From the NCBI GenBank assembly GCA_965226555.1, contig CBDDDG010000012.1, forward strand, positions 96,001 through 160,000: a stretch of 64,000 bases of DNA, given 5' to 3'. The notes beneath the pieces are model-generated. The model did not search any database, had not been told where the DNA came from, and worked only from the letters and a program-made list of their open reading frames with translations. The translations under genes and the position numbers were made by a program. Shown one piece after another: positions 1-10,313 of this stretch (position 1 is its first letter; the number at the start of each line of letters is the position of its first letter). The stretch is from Salinispira sp. (GTDB lineage Bacteria; Spirochaetota; Spirochaetia; DSM-27196; Salinispiraceae).

Positions 1-382
1 CAACTATATATTCAGCAATATACAAAGAACATTTTACTCGAATAGCCACTGCTATGGCATCTGAAGGACGGGAATCGAATGTATATTTTTTCTTTCCCTG
101 TCGGACAATAATTTGAGCATAGAATGTTGCACCGGTCAGTCTGTTTATTTCAATTCTCTCAACAGTTATCGAAAGATTTTTCAACATATCAAGAAATAAA
201 TCGTGAGTGATCGGACGGGGTAAATTGATATTGCTCATTCCGACAAGAATAGACTGCGCTTCCAGTTGTCCGATAAAAATTGGCACAGCCCGTTCTGATC
301 CTATGGGTCGAATGAGTATGGCGCTGCCTCGGTCAGTACGCGCCATTGTCCAAATTTCAGCTTCAACTAGGGTATTATTCAT
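1..382 (-). CDS. Bifunctional nuclease (DUF151/BFN) family protein, 3' end beyond window
   Basis: Hand translation from ATG 382: ...VPIFIGQLEAQSIL...PRPITHDL...FDSRPSDAIAVAIR, the DUF151 motifs; not in ORF track because it runs off the edge. Confidence 0.85.
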   Translation of the reverse strand, partial: MNNTLVEAEIWTMARTDRGSAILIRPIGSERAVPIFIGQLEAQSILVGMSNINLPRPITHDLFLDMLKNLSITVERIEINRLTGATFYAQIIVRQGKKKYTFDSRPSDAIAVAIRVKCSLYIAEYIV

Positions 383-1676
383 TCTCAAGTCCTGAAAAAT
401 CTATGGTAGCAAATAAATCTTCATATGTTTCCGGCCGTCTTATAAGCTGAATAGCTCCATCCAATTTCAGCAAAAGCTCAGCGCAACGAAGTTTACCATT
501 GTAATTGAAACCCATTGAATGCCCGTGAGCCCCGCAGTCATGAATAATAACGAGGTCGCCAATTTCAATTTCGGGCAGATTCCTGTTAATGGCAAATTTA
601 TCGTTGTTTTCGCAGAGAGAACCCGTAACATCGTATACCTTATCGGCTTTGCGATCTTCTTTTCCAACGACAGTTATATGATGATATGCCCCATACATTC
701 CCGGACGCATGAGGTTCGCCATGCAGGCATCGAGCCCCCGGTACTGCTTGTATGTATCCTTGGCATGAATAACCCTGCTCACCAAATATCCATAGGGACC
801 GGTAACAACTCTTCCGTTTTCCGTTACAACATTCAGCGGATGATCTGCCGTGTTTTCAATGGCGGTTTTATAGGCGGCCCGTATTTCTGCTGAAAGGCGC
901 TCAATGTCCACCTTTTCCTGTTCCGGACGATACGGAATTCCGATACCGCCGCCCACATTAAGAAACTCAATGGCTATGTCTGTTTTTCTGCGAATGTCCG
1001 CAACAAGATCAAAGAGCATTTTCGCAGTTTCCACAAAGTATTCAACACTCAGTTCATTACTTGCAACCATTGTATGAAGACCAAAGCGTTTTGCTCCTAG
1101 GCTGCGCGCCTGCGCATATGCTTCAAAAATCTGTTTCCTCGTAAGACCATATTTTGCCTCTTCAGGCTTACCAATTATGGCATTTCCTTCTTTTAATGGA
1201 CCCGGATTATATCGGAAACATATTAATTCCGGCATTCCGCAATGTTCATGAAGATATTCGATATGGCTGATATCATCAATGTTGATAATAGCGCACAAAT
1301 CCCGTGCCTTCTGATACTCCTGCGCCATGGTATTGTTGGAAGTGAACATAATTTCTTCACCGCTTATACCCAATTTTTCCACAAGGAGGAGCTCAGCAAG
1401 GGAACTGCAATCGAAGCCCATACCTTCTTCATGAAGAATTTTCAGAATATAGGGGTTCGGCAGGGCCTTTACTGCAAAATAATTTCGGTATCCGCCGGGA
1501 ACCCAAGAAAAGCTCCTGTTTATATACGAGGCATTTTCACGGATCGCCCGTTCATTGTAAAGATAAAACGGCGTACCGTACTGAGTAGTAAGGTTTTCAA
1601 GTTCCGCGCGCGAAAGCGGGAACATGTATCGGGACAAGGGTTTATTCAGCGTCCGCTTCCCGCGTGTAGGCTTCAT
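375..1676 (-). CDS. lysA: Diaminopimelate decarboxylase (real start possibly ATG 1625)
   Basis: GTPFYLY, YFAVKALPN (PLP Lys), NVGGGIG, ENGR, GSLCENND, HDCGAHG..MGFNYN motifs. Confidence 0.93.
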   Translation of the reverse strand: MKPTRGKRTLNKPLSRYMFPLSRAELENLTTQYGTPFYLYNERAIRENASYINRSFSWVPGGYRNYFAVKALPNPYILKILHEEGMGFDCSSLAELLLVEKLGISGEEIMFTSNNTMAQEYQKARDLCAIINIDDISHIEYLHEHCGMPELICFRYNPGPLKEGNAIIGKPEEAKYGLTRKQIFEAYAQARSLGAKRFGLHTMVASNELSVEYFVETAKMLFDLVADIRRKTDIAIEFLNVGGGIGIPYRPEQEKVDIERLSAEIRAAYKTAIENTADHPLNVVTENGRVVTGPYGYLVSRVIHAKDTYKQYRGLDACMANLMRPGMYGAYHHITVVGKEDRKADKVYDVTGSLCENNDKFAINRNLPEIEIGDLVIIHDCGAHGHSMGFNYNGKLRCAELLLKLDGAIQLIRRPETYEDLFATIDFSGLENE

Positions 1677-2034
1677 ATTCCGATGCGCTCATAAGTGCAT
1701 TGAGTTCACCCTCGTCTGCTGCCCGTATCTTCAGAAGCCATCCCTTTCCGAAAGGATCATCATTGATAATTTCAGGATTGTCTGCGAGTTCTTCATTTAT
1801 TTCCAGAATTTCGCCTCCAACCGGAACAAACACATCGCTGGCAGCTTTTACACTCTCAACCACACCAAAGCTCTCTCCCTGCGCGAATACCGTTCCGGGT
1901 TCGGGAAGTTCAACAAATACAATATCTCCCAAGCTATCCTGAGCATAATCGGAAATACCCACAGTTATGCAGTCGCCGTCCTTACGGCCCCACTCATGCG
2001 ATTTTTGATATTTTACCGTATCATCGTATACCAT
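1642..2034 (-). CDS. gcvH: Glycine cleavage system H protein
   Basis: SHEW, VGISDYAQDSLGDIVFVELP, VESVKAASD lipoyl motif. Confidence 0.96.
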   Translation of the reverse strand: MVYDDTVKYQKSHEWGRKDGDCITVGISDYAQDSLGDIVFVELPEPGTVFAQGESFGVVESVKAASDVFVPVGGEILEINEELADNPEIINDDPFGKGWLLKIRAADEGELNALMSASEYEAYTREADAE

Positions 2035-2045
2035 ACATCCTCCGT

Positions 2046-2729
2046 TTACTGTAAATCTTCAAATCCTTTATACATAACCCGCACCTCTTTTATAGATCCA
2101 TCGCCCTCGCTCACTGTTTCAATGTTCTCGACATCGCTTAATGCCGTATGAATGATCCTGCGTTCAAAGGGATTCATGGGTTCCAGCAGTTTCGTTTCCC
2201 GGGTTCTCACTACCTCATCTCCAATTTTATGCGCCAAACGAATAAGGGCTTCTTCTCTTCTTTCTCTGTAGTTCTCTATGTCAACAATTATTCTTACATC
2301 ATTATCTTCATAGCGATGCGCGAAGATGTTTGTGAATAGTTGAATGGCATCGAGGTTCTTTCCTTTTCGGCCAATGAGTATTCCGCTGCTCTCAGAATCA
2401 ATGCGAATGGCAATTTTGTTATTTTCCCGGTACATGATGGTTGTTGATACATCGTATCCCATCTTTTTCACCACGTTTTCAAGGAATTCAAGTACCGCTT
2501 TTTCATAATCGCTGTCCGGCTCCACATGATAATTCATAGTATTGCCTATGTTATCCGATTCATCGTCCTGTGTGTGCACACGTATTCGAACCGTCTTCTG
2601 TAAATTAAACAGACCGCCCTCATCATCATTGAGGAGTTCCACATCAATTTGGCTTCTTTCGAGACCAAGTTCCTTTATAGCAATTTCAACAGCATCTTTT
2701 TCTGTTTTTCCTTCAAATTCATGAATCAT
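2046..2729 (-). CDS. jag: Jag/EloR RNA-binding protein (KH + R3H)
   Basis: FEGKT N-terminus, LIGRKGKNLDAIQ, LEPMNPFERRIIH; position after yidC. Confidence 0.95.
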   Translation of the reverse strand: MIHEFEGKTEKDAVEIAIKELGLERSQIDVELLNDDEGGLFNLQKTVRIRVHTQDDESDNIGNTMNYHVEPDSDYEKAVLEFLENVVKKMGYDVSTTIMYRENNKIAIRIDSESSGILIGRKGKNLDAIQLFTNIFAHRYEDNDVRIIVDIENYRERREEALIRLAHKIGDEVVRTRETKLLEPMNPFERRIIHTALSDVENIETVSEGDGSIKEVRVMYKGFEDLQ

Positions 2730-4492
2730 TTTTTACTCCTTGCTGATCCCGATTCCTTCTGCGCTTTTTTGTGAGTGAAATAATTATATGCCAGCTGCTG
2801 TCCGGTGGAGATGATATTCTGAAAAATCCAGTATATGAGCAGACCAGAGGGCATATTATACATTATGAAAAAAAACATAACAGGCAATCCGAACGACATT
2901 ATCTTCATTTGGGCGTTCGATTGCGCGCTGTCCGCCGGCTGGGTCAATTTCATGGTAAAAAACTGTGAAACGAGAAAAATTATCGGCAACGCGCGCAGGG
3001 CATCCCAATTTAACAATGGAATAGTAAAATTGAAATTAATTATTGCCTCGGGAGTGGAAAGATCGGTGATCCACCCGGGAATAAATGTTGCGCCGCGCAA
3101 CTCAAAATTATTGTTAAATAAGCTGAACATTGCAATAAAAAACGGAAACTGAAGCAGCATGGGAAGGCAGCCGCCGAGCGGATTAACCTTTTTCTTTTTA
3201 TAGAGCTCCATTGTTGCCTGATTCAGTTTCTGAGCATCGTCCTGGTATGTTTTCTTAAGTTCCTCTATTTTTGGCGCCAGTTCCTTCATTCGCGCGGTCG
3301 ATTCAAAACTTTTTCTGGTAAGCGGGTATAAAACCAGTTTAACAAGAATAGTGAGGAGAATAATGGATACGCCCCAGTTGGGTATTAAACCATAGAAAAA
3401 ATTCATAAGCGATTTGAGAATGTTTTCAAGCCAGCTCAGCCATGAAGATTCAACAAGTTTATCTATACCAAGTTCCGATATTCCAAGCTGGTTATCTTCC
3501 GCATTTTCATATTTTCTCAGCTCAGTAACGGATTTCGGGCCAAAATAGAACCGGTACACATCGCTGATACGGCTGCTCTCTATTTTCGGTCTTACAAGAT
3601 GTAGTTGATTTCCCTGAATACCGCTGTCTGTTGGATAGGTCGTAAAAACAATATCCGCGCCCGTGTTTCCGGGAATGGCAAGAGCAACAAAATATTTTCC
3701 GTTCACCCCTGCCCAGGGGATGATATAGCCCTCCGGGGTTTCACTTTCTCCGGGACTAAGATTTCGAATGTCTTTGCGTCTTCCCGATTCAAAATAACTG
3801 AATCTTCGAAAATCTGTTCTGCCGTTATTGGACAACTCAGTAAATTCAGGTCCTATCTGCGGACCAACCGACACAGTATAACTTGTGCCGTTAACATCCA
3901 TGGGAATATATTGATTCACAGAATTTTTGAACTCAATTTCCATTTCGAATAAATACTCATTTTCAAAGAAACGATAGCGCTTAATTATCTGAAAGGGTTC
4001 TTCTTGGAGATCGGGAACCACAATGTCCTGATAAAATTCGTATTCGCCGGCGCTTTCACGGAAGTAAAATACCGGATCAAGCAGGGCTCCGTCTATTCCG
4101 CCAATGTTAAGAGTCAGCCCCTGCGTATCCGCATCCGCGTTCCCGAAGAAAAACTGAAGCGGTTTCCCGTTGTCTTCATGCCCGAGAAGAACAATTTCCT
4201 TTATGTTTCCCCCGCGGGTATCCATGACAACCTGTACAAAATCTTCCTGAGTATACACTATCTCACGCTGAGATGGAGAAGGTTGATCATTTTCATATAC
4301 GAGAAACTGCTGTTCTAATGCTGTTCTGCTTACAGAGCTGCTTTCATTGTCATCTTCAATAGTATCCTGCGCGTCACTGAAAGAATTGGGCAGAATTTCT
4401 TCCTGAGGAGAAAAAAATACTGTCTGAACAAAAAATCCAACGACAAGAACAATTGTCGACAAAACTATTGCAATTATTGTATTACGGTCCAT
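2726..4492 (-). CDS. yidC: Membrane protein insertase YidC
   Basis: NWGVSIILLT, NPLGGCLPMLLQFP, WITDLS, PSGLLIYW. Confidence 0.96.
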   Translation of the reverse strand: MDRNTIIAIVLSTIVLVVGFFVQTVFFSPQEEILPNSFSDAQDTIEDDNESSSVSRTALEQQFLVYENDQPSPSQREIVYTQEDFVQVVMDTRGGNIKEIVLLGHEDNGKPLQFFFGNADADTQGLTLNIGGIDGALLDPVFYFRESAGEYEFYQDIVVPDLQEEPFQIIKRYRFFENEYLFEMEIEFKNSVNQYIPMDVNGTSYTVSVGPQIGPEFTELSNNGRTDFRRFSYFESGRRKDIRNLSPGESETPEGYIIPWAGVNGKYFVALAIPGNTGADIVFTTYPTDSGIQGNQLHLVRPKIESSRISDVYRFYFGPKSVTELRKYENAEDNQLGISELGIDKLVESSWLSWLENILKSLMNFFYGLIPNWGVSIILLTILVKLVLYPLTRKSFESTARMKELAPKIEELKKTYQDDAQKLNQATMELYKKKKVNPLGGCLPMLLQFPFFIAMFSLFNNNFELRGATFIPGWITDLSTPEAIINFNFTIPLLNWDALRALPIIFLVSQFFTMKLTQPADSAQSNAQMKIMSFGLPVMFFFIMYNMPSGLLIYWIFQNIISTGQQLAYNYFTHKKAQKESGSARSKK

Positions 4493-4503
4493 GTACTGCT
4501 TCC

Positions 4504-4836
4504 TTACAATCTGAATAAAATTGGTGTTTTCTGAAACAACATCAGTATCTGATTATATCTTTCCATATAGGTATAGGTTCCTGAATAAAACACTAACGCG
4601 ATATCATACCCTGTACGAAGCTGCGGGAAAATATCCCGAACAATGCTCCGCGCTACCCGCTTTATGTAGTTTCTCTCTACCGCGTTACCGTATTTTTTTC
4701 CCGGGGTAACAAGCACTCTGCTTATATCCCTACTGTGTTCCCGATAAAATAATTTTGCGCCCTTAACCGAAACAGACCGTGAGGTAAAAAGGTTCCGGAT
4801 ATCGTCTTTATTCCGTATTTTATTATCAGGGAACAT
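4504..4836 (-). CDS. rnpA: Ribonuclease P protein component
   Basis: KKYGNAVERNYIKR (RNR motif); between rpmH and yidC. Confidence 0.92.
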   Translation of the reverse strand: MFPDNKIRNKDDIRNLFTSRSVSVKGAKLFYREHSRDISRVLVTPGKKYGNAVERNYIKRVARSIVRDIFPQLRTGYDIALVFYSGTYTYMERYNQILMLFQKTPILFRL

Positions 4837-4848
4837 CTCAAGAGCTTA

Positions 4849-5004
4849 TCAGTAGGGTTTTTTTTCATCAGATACAGAAAGTTTTATCCTGCCCTTTGCT
4901 CTTCGTCGTTTCAATATGTGGCGACCGCCCCGTGTTTTCATTCTTTTCCGGAAGCCCAGTCTTCTGTTTCGTTTTGTACGGCTTGGCTGATAGGTTCGTT
5001 TCAT
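4849..5004 (-). CDS. rpmH: 50S ribosomal protein L34
   Basis: Hand translation [51 protein letters not shown] (51 aa; below ORF cutoff). Confidence 0.97.
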   Translation of the reverse strand: MKRTYQPSRTKRNRRLGFRKRMKTRGGRHILKRRRAKGRIKLSVSDEKKPY

Positions 5005-5073
5005 GCTTATCTCCCGAATCTACTTTCGAATCTACTTTCAAGTAGCAAGTATAAAAAATTTTCCGTTTTCATG

Positions 5074-5448
5074 TCAATGGGTGAATTCACCATGGTGCGA
5101 ATCGCTCAGTTTCGGATTGTTTCCCATATATCGGGCCTCTCTGCGCTGAATAAAATTTTCATTACTCACGCGCTGAACAAGAATGTGAGAAACATGGGCA
5201 TATTTTTTCCGTACTTGCCGGAGTATGTGATGTTTCTTGAATTCAATTCGCTGTATCCACCCGGGATGATCCACATATATTATCAGGGCATTGTTTTTAA
5301 TATCCACCGGCTCACTGTGCGCAGCAATATCTTCCATATCATTACCCAAAAGCTTCGTCCATGAGGAAAAAAGATCAATATGCGCCGATTCAGCATGCAT
5401 ATTAATCATAGGAATGAAGGACTGTAATATTTCCTTTGCTTGTTTCAT
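5074..5448 (-). CDS. dciA: DciA/DUF721 family protein
   Basis: W..LLG...AAHSEPVDIKNNALIIYVDHPGW pattern; directly after recF. Confidence 0.8.
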   Translation of the reverse strand: MKQAKEILQSFIPMINMHAESAHIDLFSSWTKLLGNDMEDIAAHSEPVDIKNNALIIYVDHPGWIQRIEFKKHHILRQVRKKYAHVSHILVQRVSNENFIQRREARYMGNNPKLSDSHHGEFTH

Positions 5449-6533
5449 TTCATTTTCTGATATTCACCGTTATGTACCGAATACCTAATGGCGTTTTCAT
5501 TCCCCATCTTATATATATCATTATCGGGCAAAAATGTAAAAAATGCCTGATCATAATCTGGCAGTTCCTGTATGAGCCGTTCCTGCTTTTCCCTGTCCAT
5601 TTCCAGAAGTACATCATCAATGAGCAGTATCGGTTTCTTATTGCTCATTTGGGAATACAGGCGGGCCTGAGTTATTCTGAGAATAAGACTGGTAAGCCGA
5701 ATTTGCCCTGTGCTTGCTTCATGAAGAAAGTTTCTCCCGTTTACTTTGAATAAAAATTTGTCGCGGTGCGGACCGCTTGTGGTAGTATTACGATGCATAT
5801 CTGCATCGATCTTATTTTCCAGAACGCGTATAAGCTCCTCTTCAACAAGAACATTCCATGACGGCTGATATTCAATTGTTACTTCCTCGCCGAATTCACT
5901 TATTTTTTCAAAGAGCGGTGTAAACAGGCTGTTAAAATTCTGAATGAGTTGTTGCCGTTCCCGCATTATTTTGATTCCCGCTCCGACAAGGTGTTGATTA
6001 TAAATATCAAGGAGGGAGAAGTCATGTTCTTTGAGAACTTTATTTCTCGATTTAAGAATTTTTGTATACACGTGGAGATCATTGATAAACTCAGTGTGGT
6101 ATCTGCTGAGGCATTGATTAAAAAACCATCTTCTGTTTTCCGGCAGGCCGCTTACAAATTCAATGTCGTTATGATTAAACAAAATTACCGGAATGTGCTT
6201 AAGCAGTTCTGTTCTGTCAGTTATAAGCATGCCGTCGCGCCGTATTTCTTTTTTTCCACGGGTATATTTTATTGCAATTGCGGTATTCATGCCTTCTTCC
6301 ATGTCAGGATGCCACTTCGCAAAAAGCGCCATTTCATCGCAGCCGTTTGTTATCATAATGTTGTCACGCGATGAGCGAAAGCTTCTTCCATAGGCAAGGA
6401 CATATAGCGCTTCAAGAAAATTTGTTTTTCCCTGTCCATTTATCCCTATAAAGAAAACCTGCCGGTAATGAATGGGTACCTTTTGGTTCTGAATGTTTCG
6501 AAAATTATAAAAGGTAATTTCAGAAAACGGCAT
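5445..6533 (-). CDS. recF: DNA replication/repair protein RecF
   Basis: NFRN, GINGQGKTNFLEA, GPHRD, STGQ, LLIDDVLLEMD. Confidence 0.96.
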   Translation of the reverse strand: MPFSEITFYNFRNIQNQKVPIHYRQVFFIGINGQGKTNFLEALYVLAYGRSFRSSRDNIMITNGCDEMALFAKWHPDMEEGMNTAIAIKYTRGKKEIRRDGMLITDRTELLKHIPVILFNHNDIEFVSGLPENRRWFFNQCLSRYHTEFINDLHVYTKILKSRNKVLKEHDFSLLDIYNQHLVGAGIKIMRERQQLIQNFNSLFTPLFEKISEFGEEVTIEYQPSWNVLVEEELIRVLENKIDADMHRNTTTSGPHRDKFLFKVNGRNFLHEASTGQIRLTSLILRITQARLYSQMSNKKPILLIDDVLLEMDREKQERLIQELPDYDQAFFTFLPDNDIYKMGNENAIRYSVHNGEYQKMK

Positions 6534-6539
6534 ATCCTG

Positions 6540-7646
6540 TCATTCGTTCATATTCATGGGCATTATAATATGAAAGAATTCTTTTTCAGGAATCGCATTA
6601 ATGCTTATCGCTTTCGTTGCTTCAGTAAACTGAATACTCACCTCATCCGACTGAATAACCTTTAAGGGATCAATAAGATATACAAAATTCAAGGCAATTA
6701 TCATTTCCGGCCCATCATAGGTACAGATAATTTCTTCCTGCGCTGTTCCAATGTCACTCACATCGGATTTAAGTACAAGTACATTGTTTGATATTTCCAT
6801 GTATATCCGTTTCGATTTTTCGACCATTAATGAAACTCTTCTGAGAGCTTCACTCAGTTCGGTTCTGCTAACGCGTATTTCATGTTCTTGAGATTCCGGA
6901 ATTACCCTGCGGTACTTTGGGAATGGTCCATCAATAAGCGATGAGCTAATTTGCTGATTATCGAATTTCATGAATATGTTCTTTTCGGTTATTGCAATGG
7001 ATATGTTTCCCTCTCCCGATGTCTGTTTCTTTACGAGTCCGAGTATTTTCTGAGGAATGATAATTTGATCAAAATCGGGAATAGTTTCATTAAACTCCTT
7101 TTTTATATACGCAAGCCGCTTTCCATCGGTCGATACCATAACAATGGAATTACCGTCTTTCTCGAATGCGACACCATTCATAAAGTAACGGGTTTGATCG
7201 TCAGATACTGCAAAAATTGTCTGGGTAATCATTTCAATAAAGTCATTCTGAGAAATTTGAAAAAATTCCTGTTCGTTAACAGCGGGAATTTCAGGATATT
7301 TTTCAGCTGGTATTGTTTTAAGGCGAAAGTCAATTTTTTTGAACTTGGGAACTATAACAAAATGATCGTCTCCCAACTCAAGAAATTCGATATCACCATC
7401 GGGAAGTGTTCGGAGAATACTCGCGAGGCGTTCACAAATTGTTGTTGTTTTTCCAGAATCATGCACTTCAACAGGAATGGTCGTTTCAAAATATATTTTG
7501 AGATCAGTAGCTCTGATAATGAGGTGGTTATCTGAAGCTTCAAGAAATACATTAGATAGTATTGAAAGCGCATTTCGTGATGCTATTATTTCCAGCGCGA
7601 TTGATATTTCTTTTAAGATATCATCGCGATTACAAGAGAATTTCAT
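6540..7646 (-). CDS. dnaN: DNA polymerase III beta clamp
   Basis: ILSNV..ATDL, TRYFMNGV, STDGKRLA, LIDGPFPKYRRVIP, IIMPM; RBS AGGAGG. Confidence 0.97.
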   Translation of the reverse strand: MKFSCNRDDILKEISIALEIIASRNALSILSNVFLEASDNHLIIRATDLKIYFETTIPVEVHDSGKTTTICERLASILRTLPDGDIEFLELGDDHFVIVPKFKKIDFRLKTIPAEKYPEIPAVNEQEFFQISQNDFIEMITQTIFAVSDDQTRYFMNGVAFEKDGNSIVMVSTDGKRLAYIKKEFNETIPDFDQIIIPQKILGLVKKQTSGEGNISIAITEKNIFMKFDNQQISSSLIDGPFPKYRRVIPESQEHEIRVSRTELSEALRRVSLMVEKSKRIYMEISNNVLVLKSDVSDIGTAQEEIICTYDGPEMIIALNFVYLIDPLKVIQSDEVSIQFTEATKAISINAIPEKEFFHIIMPMNMNE

Positions 7647-7661
7647 TGGTTATTCCTCCTT

Positions 7662-7730
7662 GAAACTTTTGTGTTATGCAAAAGTTTTTCCTTGATCAAA
7701 TTAGAAAGTTTTGCATTTTGCAAAACCTTG
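7662..7730. repeat. Two short hairpin mini-element copies upstream of dnaN
   Basis: gaaacttttg..caaaagttt (7662-7686) and gaaagttttgcattttgcaaaaccttg (7704-7730), matching copies at 20784 and 52605. Confidence 0.75.
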
Positions 7731-7835
7731 GATTATTATAATATAAACATTAGTAGTAGTGGTAGTAGTCCCTGTACAATTGTGAGTTATTTTTATAATT
7801 CCTTTCAGGAAAACATCATACATGTGAGTATAAGG
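7731..7835 (-). other. Probable oriC unwinding module (degenerate DnaA boxes, DnaA-trios, AT-rich tract)
   Basis: Minus strand TAACTCACA-ATTGTACA-GGGA-CTACTACCACTACTACTA-ATGTTTATATTATAATAAT immediately upstream of dnaN; further box-like ATACTCACA at 7823-7831. Confidence 0.7.
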
Positions 7836-8019
7836 TGTTAGTATATTCGACATTTTTATAAACATATTACTTCATAATTATGATTTACACATTATATCCT
7901 GAATCCGTACAAAAATAACTAAGACAAAATTTGTAAGAAAGACTTTGTAAGACTACCACAAAAATTCTGAGTAGTACAGGAAAATCGAATTGTTATTGGG
8001 TTGATACTGACAGATGCTC

Positions 8020-8048
8020 TTGCACCCATAGAGCGGCATAACTATAAT
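8020..8048 (+). promoter_or_regulatory. Sigma70-type promoter of the jet operon
   Basis: TTGCAC-17 nt-TATAAT, 19 nt before the GTG of jetA. Confidence 0.7.
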
Positions 8049-8067
8049 GGGCCTTTAGGGGTGTGGA

Positions 8068-9531
8068 GTGAGGTTTCAGGAATTTCAGGCGACATATCGG
8101 CGTCTCTACACTGAGAGTGCCGCATGGAAGTTACTCCGGACGGACAATGCCCCCTACATATTGGCTTTTATTGCCGATTTGTTTGTGGATGAAAGCGAGA
8201 TACCCTATGGGAATGCCCGCGTTGTCCTCGATGCTGAAATAAAACGAAGCCGTGAGTTAGGCATTTGGACTACTGAGACAAGTGCCGGCAGCTATTTGAA
8301 TCAGTGGATTAGGAACGGGTGGCTGCGTGAGCTGGACGATATGCTGACGAAGACAGATGCCAGTGAAATAGCGCTGCGTTTTTGCAAGGGGTTGAATGAA
8401 CGAGGAGCGGGTACAACGGCATCGCATCTCCGCATTGTGCAGGAGGCGGTGCGCGATCTGGCGGTCGCGGTTAATCCTAATGTCGATGAGCGTATCGCGT
8501 TGCTTGAACACAAAAAGGCGGGAATTCAGCGTGAAATAGATGACTTGAAGGCCGGCGTTGTTGCCGAGTTAAGCAATGCTGAGCAGCGGGAGCGGATGGG
8601 AGAAATTTATCAGCTTGCTTCTGTTCTGACCGGTGATTTTCGGCGGGTGGAAGATGAAATACGGCAACTTGATAAGGAACTTCGGGTTAACATTGTTACG
8701 GGCAGCAGTTCCCGCGGCGATGTTCTGCTCTCCGTTATGGAAAAGGAAGCCTCGCTCTCCGATACGGATGCGGGCAGCGCCTTCGAAGGCTTTTTTCACC
8801 TGCTCTGCGATCAGAACCGTTCAACAGAGTTCCGCGAGCAACTGCGGAGTATTCTGATTCGGCCGGCGGCGAAGCGAATGCCCCTCAGTCAGCAGCAGTT
8901 TCTTGGACAGTTAATGCGCGAATTGAGCCGCGAGAGCGATCGGGTATTTCGCGTACGGCGGCGCGCCGAAGAAGGGTTGCGCTCCTACATAGAAAGCGGC
9001 GCCGCTGCCGAAAATCGCGCGGTCGGACTGCTCCTATCGAAACTCGAAAAACAGGCAATATCAATTCGTGAGGAAGGAATCAGTTTATGGATCGAAACAA
9101 TGCTCAGCCTTCCCGTTGGACCCATTGAAATTCGCTCGCCCGAATCGATGAAGCTGCGAAGCCCCGATGACAAGCTGGACACTCCCGATTTTGAGGAACA
9201 GGCGAACAGCCGCGAACCCGACTCCTATGTGCTGAGCTGTCTCAATGCTGTCCACATACGGAACATCGCCCGGCAAATGTTCAGCACTCTCAGAGAGAGC
9301 GGCCCCACATTGTCGGTCGCAGGGCTCGTAACCCGTAATCCGCTCAGCGCCGGGCTGGAGGAGCTGGTGGCATATTTGCGGGTGGCAAAGGCGGTCGGAG
9401 CCGCTGCCCTCGAAGGGAAGGAATGTGTTATGATTACCGATAAACAGGGTACCGTGCTGAGGGCATCAATACCTACCTATTTGCTCAGCGCGGATATGTT
9501 TCCTGAAAACATTGATGAGTTAGTCGTGTGA
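8068..9531 (+). CDS. jetA: Wadjet subunit JetA (DUF3375 family)
   Basis: AWKLLRTDNAPYILAF, W..NGWL, DFRRVE, GSAFEGF; first of four coupled genes ending in an SMC ATPase and a Toprim protein. Confidence 0.9.
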   Translation: MRFQEFQATYRRLYTESAAWKLLRTDNAPYILAFIADLFVDESEIPYGNARVVLDAEIKRSRELGIWTTETSAGSYLNQWIRNGWLRELDDMLTKTDASEIALRFCKGLNERGAGTTASHLRIVQEAVRDLAVAVNPNVDERIALLEHKKAGIQREIDDLKAGVVAELSNAEQRERMGEIYQLASVLTGDFRRVEDEIRQLDKELRVNIVTGSSSRGDVLLSVMEKEASLSDTDAGSAFEGFFHLLCDQNRSTEFREQLRSILIRPAAKRMPLSQQQFLGQLMRELSRESDRVFRVRRRAEEGLRSYIESGAAAENRAVGLLLSKLEKQAISIREEGISLWIETMLSLPVGPIEIRSPESMKLRSPDDKLDTPDFEEQANSREPDSYVLSCLNAVHIRNIARQMFSTLRESGPTLSVAGLVTRNPLSAGLEELVAYLRVAKAVGAAALEGKECVMITDKQGTVLRASIPTYLLSADMFPENIDELVV

Positions 9532-9542
9532 ACAATGCCCGC

Positions 9543-9590
9543 GCAGAAAATGACCGCAGAAAATGACCGCAGAAAATGACCGCAGAAATG
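9543..9590 (+). repeat. 13-bp tandem repeat (GCAGAAAATGACC x3 plus partial) across the jetB start
   Basis: Units at 9543, 9556, 9569. Confidence 0.9.
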
Positions 9591-10313
9591 GATGAAATTG
9601 ACATGACCAATGGGAATGACGGGTCCTCTGGAGATCTGGAGACCGACCCCGTAATAACAACCGATAATATGCCTCGCGATGCCAGACGGGTTCTGGTTCA
9701 TTTGATGAGGCAGGGCCTTATTATTGCGGCGCAAAATCAGAAATTGTTTGACACGGTGCGCCGCTATGAATCGTTTGTGCGGCGGCATTTGTCTGAAGTA
9801 TATTTACGGCTTGTTTTAGATGCCAGAGCGGGTGTTGCCTTTGTTGCGAGCCATGAAAGCAGGTCGGCCTTAGCGCCCGAGCCCAGGCCCGATCCTGCGT
9901 TGGCATCGGCACATCCATCAGCACATCCATTAGAACAGCATCAGGATATTGATTTTGAGGATGATTTTGTAACTCTCATTGTCAGGCGCCCGCTGACTCT
10001 CTACGATACACTCCTTCTGCTTGTGTTGCGAAAGCATTATCAGGAGCGAGAGAGCGCCGGAGAGCAGAAAATTACAATAGATATTGAGGGTCTGGAATCG
10101 TATTTGACGCCCTTCCTGCCCTTGACGGAGCATTCATCGCTGGATCGTAAGAAATTAATTGCCAGAGTTAAGGAAATGGTTCGGCGCAAAATTTTGTCGA
10201 CCATTCGGGGGTCGGAGGAGCGCTATGAAATTACCCCCATTATCCGCTATGTTGTCGACGCTGAATTTTTGGAGACCATGATCAATGAGTACAAACGACT
10301 TGCCGCAGAATGA
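9576..10313 (+). CDS. jetB: Wadjet subunit JetB (DUF4194 family)
   Basis: LRLVLD..AGVAFV, LTLYDTLLLLVLR, RYEITPII. Confidence 0.88.
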   Translation: MTAEMDEIDMTNGNDGSSGDLETDPVITTDNMPRDARRVLVHLMRQGLIIAAQNQKLFDTVRRYESFVRRHLSEVYLRLVLDARAGVAFVASHESRSALAPEPRPDPALASAHPSAHPLEQHQDIDFEDDFVTLIVRRPLTLYDTLLLLVLRKHYQERESAGEQKITIDIEGLESYLTPFLPLTEHSSLDRKKLIARVKEMVRRKILSTIRGSEERYEITPIIRYVVDAEFLETMINEYKRLAAE

